Both the position numbers and the translations under genes were made by a program. The notes under the pieces were generated by a model, which was not told where the DNA came from, did not search any database, and worked only from the letters and a program-made list of their open reading frames with translations. Below, piece after piece: positions 28,172 through 39,400 of a DNA stretch of 64,000 nt (positions are counted from its first letter, which is position 1; every line of letters begins with the position of its first letter). The stretch lies in the IMG/VR virus record IMGVR_UViG_3300044974_000598; one strand, 5' to 3'. The stretch comes from an uncultured virus (IMG/VR IMGVR_UViG_3300044974_000598). Lineage: Duplodnaviria; Heunggongvirae; Uroviricota; Caudoviricetes.

Positions 28172-29602
28172 GTGGCAGCAACAGGATTACTAGGGATAAA
28201 CCCATATCAAAAAGGATTAAATTTAGATATAACATCTAAACCAGCAAATTTAGCTATTCAACTTGCACAAAAAGAACAGGCTAAACAAGAGGCTATGACT
28301 AAATATCTTCTTGATTATGATACTAAAATCACTGGGGCCGGTATGGCACAAAATGATATAGATGGGTTGATGTCTTTAAAAAATCAAGCCAAAAAATATT
28401 TTTTTGAAAATAAAAAAGAAATTACAAATACTGCATTAGATAATGGTAAAGCTTATAGCAATTTAATGTCATTGTACGATAATGCCGAAAAACTTATAGC
28501 AGCTTCTAAAGATAAAGTAGCTACAACGAAAGCTACAGGTTCTTTAATTGCCCGCGCAAATAATAGTGGAGATATATTAGAGCCTGAAACATATGAAGCT
28601 TTTAAAGCATCTCAACTTCCTGTAAATAGTGGTTACCAACCATTCAATATAACAAACTTTAGAACTTATAAGCCATTTGATGCACTTGAGTATCAAGGAA
28701 AATTAAAAAATGCAGTTAGACTTTCAGATGCTGACATTAAAATAGTTCCATTAGAACAATTGCCAAAACAATACCAATACGAACAAAAAACAGTAAAACC
28801 AAATCTTGAAGATGTTAGAAGCATAGCATATGGGCAAATGGGTAAAAGAGGTTATGACGTAAAAATTGAAGACATTTCAAATGATACAACTGAATTAAAA
28901 AGATTAGGAAAAATATATAAAGCAGAAACAAATAACGATTTGCCAGATATTGCTGAAATAAGAAAGAAAATAAATACTACAACAGACCCTTTAAAACTAA
29001 GTGAATTAAAGCAACAAGAAAAAAACGCATTGGGTGAAATATCAGTTGCTAATACATTAAGTTTTATTCCTGCAGAAATAAAGAAGTCAAAAGCAGAAGA
29101 AATTCCAGAATATAAAAGAAAAAGACAAGCATATTATTCTTCTATTACAAAAAATAATGCACCAGATGCATTTGATTTTATAACTAAAGGAGCTAATATA
29201 TTAAATACTGGTAATATTGATTTAATAAATCAACATTTTTCTAAATTTGCTGTACAAGGTGATAGAGATATTGCAGGTAATTTTATAGGTTTTAAAGATA
29301 TGGAGATTGACCCAAAGAATCCAAAAAGTATAATTGTAAATTATACTGAAAAAGTCATGAGTGGGGGTAAACCCGTAGCGGTACCAGTTCGCTCTTCAAT
29401 AGATTTAACTAAAGATATTGTCCCACAATTAGCATCATTTTATCAGCAATTTTTAGGAAAAAATGCTGGTTTAGAAAAAGCGGCAGTTGCAAATCCTTCT
29501 TCAGATAATAAAACTGGCAAAGTTATAACAACGGCCGCATTTCAAAAAATGTCATTATCAGATAGAGAGAAATTTTTAACTAGTGGTGGAACATATAAAT
29601 AA
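28172..29602 (+). CDS. ejection/cargo protein
   Basis: Helical 476-aa protein in the ejectosome position; GTG start. Confidence 0.55.
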   Translation: MAATGLLGINPYQKGLNLDITSKPANLAIQLAQKEQAKQEAMTKYLLDYDTKITGAGMAQNDIDGLMSLKNQAKKYFFENKKEITNTALDNGKAYSNLMSLYDNAEKLIAASKDKVATTKATGSLIARANNSGDILEPETYEAFKASQLPVNSGYQPFNITNFRTYKPFDALEYQGKLKNAVRLSDADIKIVPLEQLPKQYQYEQKTVKPNLEDVRSIAYGQMGKRGYDVKIEDISNDTTELKRLGKIYKAETNNDLPDIAEIRKKINTTTDPLKLSELKQQEKNALGEISVANTLSFIPAEIKKSKAEEIPEYKRKRQAYYSSITKNNAPDAFDFITKGANILNTGNIDLINQHFSKFAVQGDRDIAGNFIGFKDMEIDPKNPKSIIVNYTEKVMSGGKPVAVPVRSSIDLTKDIVPQLASFYQQFLGKNAGLEKAAVANPSSDNKTGKVITTAAFQKMSLSDREKFLTSGGTYK

Positions 29603-29608
29603 TACACA

Positions 29609-32600
29609 ATGCCCGATATAAAAGATGTATATAATGTAGTTTCTAAATCAAATCTTTTTGTAGATGAAAATGATTTTAGAAATCAAATTGCTTCAAATCC
29701 TAAAGAAGTTTTTGACTTTATATCTAAAAATAAAAATACTCAAGGTTTATTTATAGACTTCAATGATTTTCAAGATAATTTAAAAAAAAAAGATGGTGGA
29801 GTCGTATCTGTCCCTATACCATCAAAATTACCATCCAAAGACGTTCTTGAGCAAGGCCAAGAAATGGTTACAAGGGGTTTTGCAGTAGCGCCAAAACAAA
29901 TCAGTACCGAGTTATCGGAAGTTGAAGAGTCTATAAATAAAGTTAAGAAAGCATATGATGCTCTTGAAGATACTAAAGCTGCAAAGACTTCTTCTGCTGG
30001 AATGGGCGCTCCGGGTTTTTATGACCCCGAAAGAGATAAAATAGTTAATCAGAATTACACAAAAGCTAAAGCAGAAAATGATAGACTTTTAAAGTCAAAA
30101 TCTAAAGAAATTTATTCTAGTGTAGATGACCTATTATCAAATAATGGATTTAAAAATTTATTTGATAATGGTGTATTTAATACTGAAAAAGCAAGAGGCA
30201 TATTAGATGAAAAGATAAAAGCAAAAGGAGGTGGTTCTTTTTTAAGAGAAACAGCTTTGGCAGAACTTAAAAAAAGAGCGCAATCTGATTATGATAAGCC
30301 TGCAATGGATAAATTTATTAATGAAGAAGCTAAAAAAGCTGGCATTGATATTAATTCTATAATGAGCAAGCAAGGGAAAAATTTGTTTGCTAAGATGTCC
30401 GCAAATCAACAATCAATTTTACCAGTAATTAAACAAGAGGCTGAAAAAGAAGCTACTGGAATATTAGATAACGCTAAGCAAACAGCAACCGAATTAGGAA
30501 ATGATTTTAGTGGTTTTGTTGCTGATTTAAATGCAAAGATAAATAATGGTCAAGTTGACCAACAAACAGCTCAAGGTTTATATGACCAAAAAAAATCAGA
30601 ATATGATAATGGATTAGCGCAGCTTAATCAAGATTATCAAAAAATGGTTAGAGATGTTAATGTAAGGGTTAATAATAGATTTGGCAGAATAGAAAATGAG
30701 TTAAAAAAGATTTCAGGTTCTGTTACAAGTGCAGAAATATTTAAGAATTTACCTAAAGAAGATGCTAAAAAAATAAATGAAGTGTATAATAGAGCAGCTC
30801 AAAGGTTAGCTAATTCTAAAAATACTCAAAGAAAAGTAGCAGATATGGCATTAGGATTGCCAGCATTTGCAACTAAATCACTTATATCAGGATTTAATAA
30901 AGGATTATCAGATATAGGAGGTTATTTGCAAATGAATGGTACTGATAATAAATTTATTGATTTTCTTTTAAATAGAGGACAAACAGCAGATGAAACTGCT
31001 ATTGGTCAATACGATTGGAACGGAAAAGAATGGTTTAAACGAGCATTAGGTGGAACTATGCAATCTATGGGTGCTTCAGCCCCTACTTTATTACCAACAT
31101 TAGGAGTTGGATTAGCTACACAAGGTCTTGGTGCCATACCTATGGTAAGTGCTTTAGCAGCTGGGTATGCTGGTTATAAAGGGGAAGCTATGCAAAATGC
31201 GGGGGATGCTTATATGCAAAAACTTGCTGAAACTGGCAATGTAAATAAAGCATACGAAAGTGCAAGCAGAGTAGAGAAAGCAAACCAAATAACATTACCA
31301 TTTTATTTTTTAGGTGGTTTAGGTACAATGAAATTATTACAAGGTGGAGGTAAAATAGGCTCATTTTTAGTAGGAGGCGCTTTAGAGCAAGCTGAGGAAA
31401 TTCCAACAGAATATATTCAAGAATATAACCAAGCAAAAGAAAACGGATATACAAAAGGAATTGGTTCATTTATTAAAGAAAACCCAGAGATTGCAGCTGA
31501 TACATTTTTATCTACAATTGGACAATCTGGAGTAATGTCGGCTGTTGGAAAAGCCCTTAGCAAAATAGATGCAGCCTCAACTCAACCAACTACTCAATTT
31601 TATGCCGACTTAGTTAAAAATCAGGGATTAGATTTTGCCAATATTGTATTACAAAACTATTATAATACTGGGGTAATCAATGAAAAGCAATTTGAAGAAC
31701 AAAAAATAGAATTGCAGAATGTTGCTCAAAGTATGCAAAAAGTGCAGGATTTAGGCGTAAGCCCAGAAAAAGCTCAAGTTATAACAGTTCTAAATGCAAA
31801 CGTAGAGGCCTTAAAAGCAGATGTAGAGGCAGAACAAGACCAAGCAGCCAAATCTGTATTAGAGGGCAAATTAAGGCAAGCACAGGCCGATTTAAAGGGT
31901 ATTTCAAACAATACTACTCCATATATTGTTTTAACGCTACCGGGCGGTCAAAATTCAACTAGAATTATGACAATGCAAGAATATGAGCAATTGAAGCAAG
32001 ATGGTAAAATAAACGATATTATAAAGGCTGCAGATAAAGTTAGTGTGGTTAATGATGAAGAGTTAAATACAGAAATTGGTCAAATTAAGAAAGAAGTTGG
32101 AATTCCCGAAGATGCGCCTGATGGGGCATATAAAGGAGGTTCTCCAGCTGAAGAATTAGAAAAACCAGATTTCTCACAAGTATTACCATATGTAATTGAA
32201 GATAGAGAAAAAGTAGAGCCAGTCATTGAAAAGATAAATAATGGCGAAGTTATTAATGAAGAAGATTTGTTTAGTGCAGCTCAAGTTTTAGAAAATTTAC
32301 AATCTAAGACAAACAACAAGTCATTAAAGAATTTAATTAATCCTGTAATAGATAAAATATTAACATATGAAAATCAGTCAAAGACTACAGTTGGCACAGT
32401 TACCCAAAAAGGCGCAATTACGCGTGTTGGAGTTGATGTTGGAAAGAAAACAGTCAGCAAAGCCATTGGCCAATTTGAAGGCAGCAGAGCAACCCTTAAA
32501 GACAGAAATGGTAAAACCGTAAGTGGTTATTTAAAATTAGAAGATGGTAATTATAATCTATACAATGAAGATGGTAATAAAGTAGCTTCAATAGGTGAAA

Positions 32601-35600
32601 AACAAATTACCGATAGAGATGTTGTATTACCTTCTACAGATGTAGTACCAAGACCAATTGAATTAGATGAGAATGGTAATGTTAAATCCATAACACTTCA
32701 ATTACAAAAAGTAAATAAAGAAATAGGCTTATTGCCAGATAGATTAATTACTATTGAATTTAAGAACCCTGAAAAAGGGCTTGACTATGCTATTCAATTA
32801 AGAGCAGAGCAAGTAGGTGAATTCTCAGACCCTGAATTTGAAGAAATAATAACTCAGGTTAAAAATGAAGAATTAATACCAGCCGTAAAACTTACCCCTG
32901 AACAAAAAGCAGAAGTAAAAAGACAACAAGAGGCCGAAAAAGATGCTACTAAAAAGAAAGAAGTAAAAGATACTTTAATTAACCTAAGAAATGCAGGCGT
33001 TTTAGTAACAGCTGACAAGTCAATATTAGGAAAGGTCAAAAGAGCTGTTGGGATTAAACCAATACCAATGTCTGATGCAGAAATAGATGCACAAATGTCA
33101 TTATTAGATGCAATGGCTAAGGTGTGGAAACAAACAACAGGTTTAGATAACTTTTATGATACATTCATATCAGATATTCAAAAAGGAGATGTAGCTGCAT
33201 TTAAAAATAAAGGTGGCGTATTATTTCAAGATATAGAAAATCCAATTGCACCTGTTTCAAGAGTTACATTAGCTGTTTTTGAAGATGTACCTCAATTTGA
33301 AAAAATGATAGGGCAAATGGTTAACCCTCAATCTATTGCTGATTTAATTAAATCAAAAGGTAAGCAAATTGAAAAAGATATAATAACCGATGTATTAAAC
33401 TTTGAAAAATACAAAGGTCTAAAAAGAATATCATTTGACGACTTTAGAAATGATGTGGAAACACAAATAATGAAACTTGAGAAAATAAGAACTAATTCTT
33501 ATGATGATTATGGAGTAAGTAATTTAGGTAATGCTGAAGATTATGGAAATTATAAAACAATTATATTTAATGCGCCTATAAACCATGGCCAAATTGGGCA
33601 TTTTGGTGGTGATTTTATAAGGTCACGAGTTGAAAATAGAACTTGGGAATTAAAGCAAATACCCAACACTGACACATGGGCTGCAGTAGCTGCTGATATG
33701 CCATCTGGGTTATCTGAAAGTGAAATACAAAATTATGTAGGCACTGCTGGTAAAAAAGAAAATGTAGAAAAATGGATTGATGAAAGAAATCCTTCAGAAA
33801 ACCCATATAAAACTACAGAAATAAACGTAGGTTTATTTGGTCATATAAGAACTTGGTTTAACAAAAAAAATGGTGTGTATAATGTAGCAGAATTGCAATC
33901 AGATGTATTTCAAAAATATAAAGCTTTAGATTTATTAGCTGATGAAATACCGCAAGCAGAAATACAAGAATATATAAATAAAAATTTTTGGGGGCCATTT
34001 TTAAAAGAATTTACAGATAAATTAGTAAAAGATTTAGATTTCAAAGTAATAAATCAAAGTGAAATAAAATATTTGATTAACAGAAATAAAAATAAAATAT
34101 ATCAGTATGAAAAAGCTTTAGAAACAATTAAAACTACTAGGGAATTTAATCAGATTAATAAAGAATTAGATGAATTAATTAGATTAAATAATGAATATCA
34201 AAAAGGATTATCAATATATTCTTTTCCAAATAGTTGGGATGATGGCGTATCCGTTTTTGATAAAAATGGCAAACATTTGTCATCTCAATTATTTTCAAGT
34301 TTCCCTACTCCGGGGATGAAATTTGGTGAAAATGAAACATACAGAGCAATAAAAGATGCTCATAGAAATATGTATGAAGGGAATCGTGATGATTATTATG
34401 AAGAAATGAGTCAATTGTATTTAAAGAGTGAAGTTAATTTATTTCAAAAAGAATGGCAAAAATATAAACAACAAAGAATAGAAGAGCAAAAGGGTACTTT
34501 GACTTCTATGCAAAGACAATTTATTGCATCTCAAAAATTCCATGAATTAAGATTATTAAGAGAAGCATTTAAATCAGCAGCTGAAGAAGGAGCTAAAGTA
34601 GTAAGATTCCCATCACCATATACTCTTGCGGTAATTGAAGGTTATGTTAATAAAGCAGGCATAAGTGGTGCGCCATATGACATTATTCAAGGGGATAGTG
34701 AGCGGTTAGAAGCCGGAGATTTAATAGAATATGGAGGAGATGAATATATTGTAGTTGAGCAAGATAGAGCTGAAATTACAGTAGCTCCAAGAAAACAAAC
34801 ATTTAGATACAATATAGATGATTATATAGATAGTGAAACTGCTAATAGATTTGATGAAATAGAATATGAAGCTGATAAGTATTTTGATGATTTAAATAAT
34901 ATTGCGTTATCAGAACTTTTAGATTATGAACCTGATGAATATATGGGTGATTTGGCTAAAAGGTTATTAGAAATAGAATTTGATAAAATTGAAATTGGAA
35001 ATGAAATTGAAGGAGAAATAAGAACTGTTTCATGGAAATCTATAGAAGATAAATTAAGAGATGAAATATCTAGTAACTACAGTAATATGGGGGGAGAAGA
35101 TTTATTTGGGTGGGGGACTGTTTATTATGATGGTGATGGAGATGCTTATGTTACTGATGGTAATACTGAAAGGTTTAATCAACCGGATGGATATGATTCA
35201 GAATCAAATGAAGAGGATTTTGAAGATGGGTTAAGTTCTGCTCAAGCAACTGTAGTAAATAAATATAAAGAGCTTAATGAATTATTTAAAAAATTAAGAC
35301 CTGATGCTATTTCTGTAAGAGATGATAATGATATGGAATGGTTGGAAACTAAGGTAAATGAATCTGATATTAAAAATCCAATTATTGCTTTCCAAAATGA
35401 AGGAGGTAATATTAAAGGTGCAATTGATTTTGTTAATGACAATAAAGCTTCTGTATATGTATTTAATGGTGCTGATATATCAACTTTAGCTCATGAATTT
35501 ACAGGCCATTTGGGTAGAAGATTCCTTGAAAAATTAGCTGAAACTGACGAAGGATTTAAAAAAGATTACGATGCAGTTAAAAAGTGGGCTAGTGTATTTG

Positions 35601-35956
35601 ATAATAATTGGAATACAAGGTCAGAAGAAATGTTTGCTAGAGGCTTTGAAAGATATTTAAGAGAAGGTAAAGCACCTACTAAATCTTTAAAAGCTGTATT
35701 TGAAAACTTAAAAAATTGGTTAACTCAAATATATAAATCAATAGTAGGCTCTTCAATAGATATTGAATTAACACCAGAAATAAGAGAAGTTTTTGGTAAT
35801 TTACTTGGTGGAAGAGTAGCAGGAACAGTAGCAGAAGAGTACGAAAATATACCAAGGGACAACAAATTGTCAACAAAAAATGCCGTAAAAACGCTAATAA
35901 ACGATAACTTTGAAGAGATTAAGAAACAATTAGAAAATAAAAAAATATGTCAGTAA
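29609..35956 (+). CDS. large polyvalent ejection protein with a C-terminal zincin-like (HExxxH) domain
   Basis: G/A-rich membrane-like segment at ~31050-31550; GHIR...ELQSD domain; STLAHEFTGH...EEMFARGFERYLREGKAP. Confidence 0.7.
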   Translation: MPDIKDVYNVVSKSNLFVDENDFRNQIASNPKEVFDFISKNKNTQGLFIDFNDFQDNLKKKDGGVVSVPIPSKLPSKDVLEQGQEMVTRGFAVAPKQISTELSEVEESINKVKKAYDALEDTKAAKTSSAGMGAPGFYDPERDKIVNQNYTKAKAENDRLLKSKSKEIYSSVDDLLSNNGFKNLFDNGVFNTEKARGILDEKIKAKGGGSFLRETALAELKKRAQSDYDKPAMDKFINEEAKKAGIDINSIMSKQGKNLFAKMSANQQSILPVIKQEAEKEATGILDNAKQTATELGNDFSGFVADLNAKINNGQVDQQTAQGLYDQKKSEYDNGLAQLNQDYQKMVRDVNVRVNNRFGRIENELKKISGSVTSAEIFKNLPKEDAKKINEVYNRAAQRLANSKNTQRKVADMALGLPAFATKSLISGFNKGLSDIGGYLQMNGTDNKFIDFLLNRGQTADETAIGQYDWNGKEWFKRALGGTMQSMGASAPTLLPTLGVGLATQGLGAIPMVSALAAGYAGYKGEAMQNAGDAYMQKLAETGNVNKAYESASRVEKANQITLPFYFLGGLGTMKLLQGGGKIGSFLVGGALEQAEEIPTEYIQEYNQAKENGYTKGIGSFIKENPEIAADTFLSTIGQSGVMSAVGKALSKIDAASTQPTTQFYADLVKNQGLDFANIVLQNYYNTGVINEKQFEEQKIELQNVAQSMQKVQDLGVSPEKAQVITVLNANVEALKADVEAEQDQAAKSVLEGKLRQAQADLKGISNNTTPYIVLTLPGGQNSTRIMTMQEYEQLKQDGKINDIIKAADKVSVVNDEELNTEIGQIKKEVGIPEDAPDGAYKGGSPAEELEKPDFSQVLPYVIEDREKVEPVIEKINNGEVINEEDLFSAAQVLENLQSKTNNKSLKNLINPVIDKILTYENQSKTTVGTVTQKGAITRVGVDVGKKTVSKAIGQFEGSRATLKDRNGKTVSGYLKLEDGNYNLYNEDGNKVASIGEKQITDRDVVLPSTDVVPRPIELDENGNVKSITLQLQKVNKEIGLLPDRLITIEFKNPEKGLDYAIQLRAEQVGEFSDPEFEEIITQVKNEELIPAVKLTPEQKAEVKRQQEAEKDATKKKEVKDTLINLRNAGVLVTADKSILGKVKRAVGIKPIPMSDAEIDAQMSLLDAMAKVWKQTTGLDNFYDTFISDIQKGDVAAFKNKGGVLFQDIENPIAPVSRVTLAVFEDVPQFEKMIGQMVNPQSIADLIKSKGKQIEKDIITDVLNFEKYKGLKRISFDDFRNDVETQIMKLEKIRTNSYDDYGVSNLGNAEDYGNYKTIIFNAPINHGQIGHFGGDFIRSRVENRTWELKQIPNTDTWAAVAADMPSGLSESEIQNYVGTAGKKENVEKWIDERNPSENPYKTTEINVGLFGHIRTWFNKKNGVYNVAELQSDVFQKYKALDLLADEIPQAEIQEYINKNFWGPFLKEFTDKLVKDLDFKVINQSEIKYLINRNKNKIYQYEKALETIKTTREFNQINKELDELIRLNNEYQKGLSIYSFPNSWDDGVSVFDKNGKHLSSQLFSSFPTPGMKFGENETYRAIKDAHRNMYEGNRDDYYEEMSQLYLKSEVNLFQKEWQKYKQQRIEEQKGTLTSMQRQFIASQKFHELRLLREAFKSAAEEGAKVVRFPSPYTLAVIEGYVNKAGISGAPYDIIQGDSERLEAGDLIEYGGDEYIVVEQDRAEITVAPRKQTFRYNIDDYIDSETANRFDEIEYEADKYFDDLNNIALSELLDYEPDEYMGDLAKRLLEIEFDKIEIGNEIEGEIRTVSWKSIEDKLRDEISSNYSNMGGEDLFGWGTVYYDGDGDAYVTDGNTERFNQPDGYDSESNEEDFEDGLSSAQATVVNKYKELNELFKKLRPDAISVRDDNDMEWLETKVNESDIKNPIIAFQNEGGNIKGAIDFVNDNKASVYVFNGADISTLAHEFTGHLGRRFLEKLAETDEGFKKDYDAVKKWASVFDNNWNTRSEEMFARGFERYLREGKAPTKSLKAVFENLKNWLTQIYKSIVGSSIDIELTPEIREVFGNLLGGRVAGTVAEEYENIPRDNKLSTKNAVKTLINDNFEEIKKQLENKKICQ

Positions 35957-36441
35957 AATCATTACTAAGCCCAAGTATGAAAAAGGGCATGCAGGAAGCT
36001 GTTTACATTGAATTGTATCAGTCTAACCTATGGAAAAGCCTAGCTAACCAATTACAAAGTTTAGGTTATTTTGGTAGCCAGAAGTATTTCTTAGCAGAAA
36101 GTGCTGAAGAATTAACTCATTATCAGATGCATGTTGAGTTCATGAATGATATGGGCGATTGTGCAGATTTGCCAAAGATAGATGCCGTTACAGATAAAGT
36201 AAAAGATATTGGTGATGCATTAGAGGTTGGTTATAACATTGAAATGGATGTATATAAGCAATATAAAGATTTTTATAAAAAAGCAGAAGACGAAGATGTT
36301 TCTGTAGCACAATATCTTTTACAATTCGTTGAAATTCAACGTAAAGCAGTAGGTCATTATGGTGATTTATTAGCTAAATATAAAATAGCTGAAGCAACAA
36401 AAGAGCTATTAGAGTTTGACCAACATATACAAGACGTTTAA
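35947..36441 (+). CDS. ferritin-like protein
   Basis: IELYQSNL...GYFGSQKYF..ESAEELTH...IE...FVEIQ four-helix di-iron pattern. Confidence 0.85.
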   Translation: MSVKSLLSPSMKKGMQEAVYIELYQSNLWKSLANQLQSLGYFGSQKYFLAESAEELTHYQMHVEFMNDMGDCADLPKIDAVTDKVKDIGDALEVGYNIEMDVYKQYKDFYKKAEDEDVSVAQYLLQFVEIQRKAVGHYGDLLAKYKIAEATKELLEFDQHIQDV

Positions 36442-36451
36442 ATTAAAGTAA

Positions 36452-39400
36452 ATGGCAGAGTGTTTATATTACATTGACATAAAAGGGGTTAGTACCCCAA
36501 TGACTGAATCTGAATTAAAAGCTTATCTTGAAAAAGGTGGCATAGATGATTTAGTTAAAAATGGTGATATAGACTTGTCAAAAATAAAAACTAAAGAATA
36601 TGCCGTACAAGAGCCTAGCACAGGAAAGGTACTTCAACGTCCACAGAGCGGAACTGGAGAAACAGGGGGTGAACGTCCAAGAGTGGAACCAAGCAAGCAA
36701 GGGGAAAAAACTGCCATCCAAGGTGAAGACAATGAAAAAATTAAAACCCCAAGAGAAAGGAAAAAAGCAATCTTAAATACTTTATTAGGCGCTAATCTTT
36801 CGGGAGAAACAAAAATGCTAATAGAGGAGAATGGGACGTATTTTGAGGCTAACATGGAGCAAGCAGAGAATGCTGCAAAGGCTATTATAGCAGATATTGG
36901 GGTTGAGAATGCAATTATTGCAGCCAAGACGGGCGAAGTACATCCTTCAGTAGGTTCAGCAATATTTGGGGAATCAATAAACAATCTTTTTTTACAAGAA
37001 CAAGCATTAAGAAAAGACGGGAAAACAAATGAAGCAGATGACCTTGCATTAAGACAAGCTGATTTGATTTCAGAATATTCCGATATTTCTACAAGCAGTG
37101 GTCAATGGATAGCTCAAATCAAAAGATTTTACAAAACAAGTCCATTAGGTATTGTTATGAAAATCAATACTGAAAGAAAGCAATTGCTTAAAGAAAGATT
37201 TGCTAAAGATGAATTGTCATTAAAAAGTTTATATGACCAAATAATTAAAGGAGAAGAAGTACAAGGTTATATTAAACAAAAGGCTGAAGAAATTCTTAAA
37301 GAAGAAAGACAAGAGCAAAGAAAGACTAGGAAAGAAAACATATTTAAAAAAATAGACGACACAGCTAAACTTTGGATTCAGAAGTTAGCAGGAGTGCAGG
37401 GAGTTGAGAAAATGGGTATCGGCGTAGAAGAGATTATTAATACAGCAGCTGAAGCAATGAAAAAAGCGTATGCTGCCGGGGAGTCAGTAACTGCTATTAT
37501 AGACGATGCTATTAGATATATATCTCAAAAATTAGGAACTGAAAATTGGGACAAAGATGCATTTAAGCAAGATTGGTTAGATAAATTAACACTAGAGTCA
37601 GAAAAGAAAGAACAAAAATACATTGAAGCATTAGATAGAAAAAGAAAAGAATTAGAAAGAAGAATAAAAGAAAATGATTTTAGTGCTGAAAAATACAAGG
37701 AAAAAGAAACATTATCTGAAAAAGCAACTGTAGCTAAAAAAGAATTAGACGATATTAAACAGTTATATAATGAAGCAAAGAAATTATCACCAGAATATAT
37801 AGATAAAAAATCTAAACAATATCTTGATAATTTTAGACAAAAATTAAAAGCTATTAATGATATTCAAAAAGAAGAAATTGTTAATAGGTCTATAAAAAGA
37901 TTAATAGAAAATGGTGCTTTAGAATATGATGATTTTAAAAAAATAATTGCAGAATCTATAGGTCTTGCTGAATTATCGCCTGAAGACGTTAAGAATATTG
38001 AATCTTTAATGACAACTATTAATTCTACCAAAGACTTGGAAGATAAAATGATTAGTCTTGTTAATGGTGATGAAAAGGAATTAAATAAAGCAATAGAAGT
38101 TTATGATAAAGCTGTTGATGATGCAAGTTTAGCTTCAACGGAAATGTATAATGTTTTATCAAGAAATTCAGATATAACTCAAACATTAAGAAGTTTAATA
38201 ACAGGGCAAATATTAGGAATACCAACTTTAATAAAAAACCCTGTATATAACATAGTATATCAATCTCAACTTAGATTCCCAAAAGCTGTTGTAAAAAATA
38301 TACTAGAACAAGGATTATATTGGGCAAGTGTGTTAAATCAAAAATATATTAGTTCGCAAAGTCCTATATATAAGCCTAAGTCTAGTTTATGGTTAGCTAA
38401 TTTAGGGTATTTTAAACAAGGTAAAAGAGGTGCTAAGCAAGGTTATAAAAACTTTTTATTAGGTATAACACAACCAGATTTTAATTCAAAAACAGCGTAT
38501 CAAAGTAGTTTATCTCCAAAACAAGCTATAAAAGATATTGAATTCTATAAAGCCGGCCAAAAACTATTAACTAAAACAGAATTACTTGACAGACGTATAA
38601 GAGCATCATGGCCTGCAAGAAGAGCTGATTTTATTTTAAGAGCTATGGGATTGGGTGACCTGCCGCAAAGATATGCTGCTGAAGGAGCTACAGCTATGCA
38701 AATTGCAGTAATGGAGCTTGGCTTAATAAATGATACTGATATAATTGCATTTATGCGTGCGCCGCAAAAGGTTGCTTTTAAGATATTAAGTGATGAAAAA
38801 AATCCAAATGCAGCTTCACTTTCAGAGGAAATGGCTAATAGAATAATTAGCGAAGGCGAAAAAGCTGTATTCCAAGAAAAAAGTTTTTTAGCTAGAATTT
38901 CAGACTGGGTGGATAAAGCATTAAAGATAAGTAAAGAAGATAGCAAATTAATTAAGGGGGCTAAAGGTATTGTTTCAATAGCAAAGACCACTAGCTATCC
39001 ATTTATAAATATACCAGCCAATGTCGCATGGTCAACTTTTAAAGCAGTTAATCCGGCATTTGCATTAAGTCAGTCAGCACTTCATACTATACAATATAAA
39101 ATAAATGAAAAAAATGGTAATGCATCTAAAGCTAGAGAATATGAGGAAAAGGCTAAAGATGCTTTTACACATGCAGTAGTTGGATATGGGTTAGCATATG
39201 CTGCAGCGTGGCTAGTAGCTAATGGGTTTATAAGACCATCAAATGATAGAGATACTAAAGAAAAAGAATCATTAGGAGAATCAGTATTCGGAAGACAAAA
39301 TCAACTGAATTGGGGTGCTTTACATGGTGGGGAAGACTATTGGATTGATTTGACTTGGTTTGGACCATTAGGAGCTATTGCAGAAACAAAAGCTGAAATA

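Noticed and set aside
29779..29791. TTT-A10 run as a programmed frameshift or phase-variation site
   Set aside because: The ORF reads through as LKKKD and A-runs are common in this genome; there is no supporting evidence without read data.
35120..35150. YYDGDGD as a possible RNA polymerase DxDxD catalytic loop
   Set aside because: It lies in a generally acidic segment without DFDGD/DFDID context or other polymerase motifs; a profile search would settle it.
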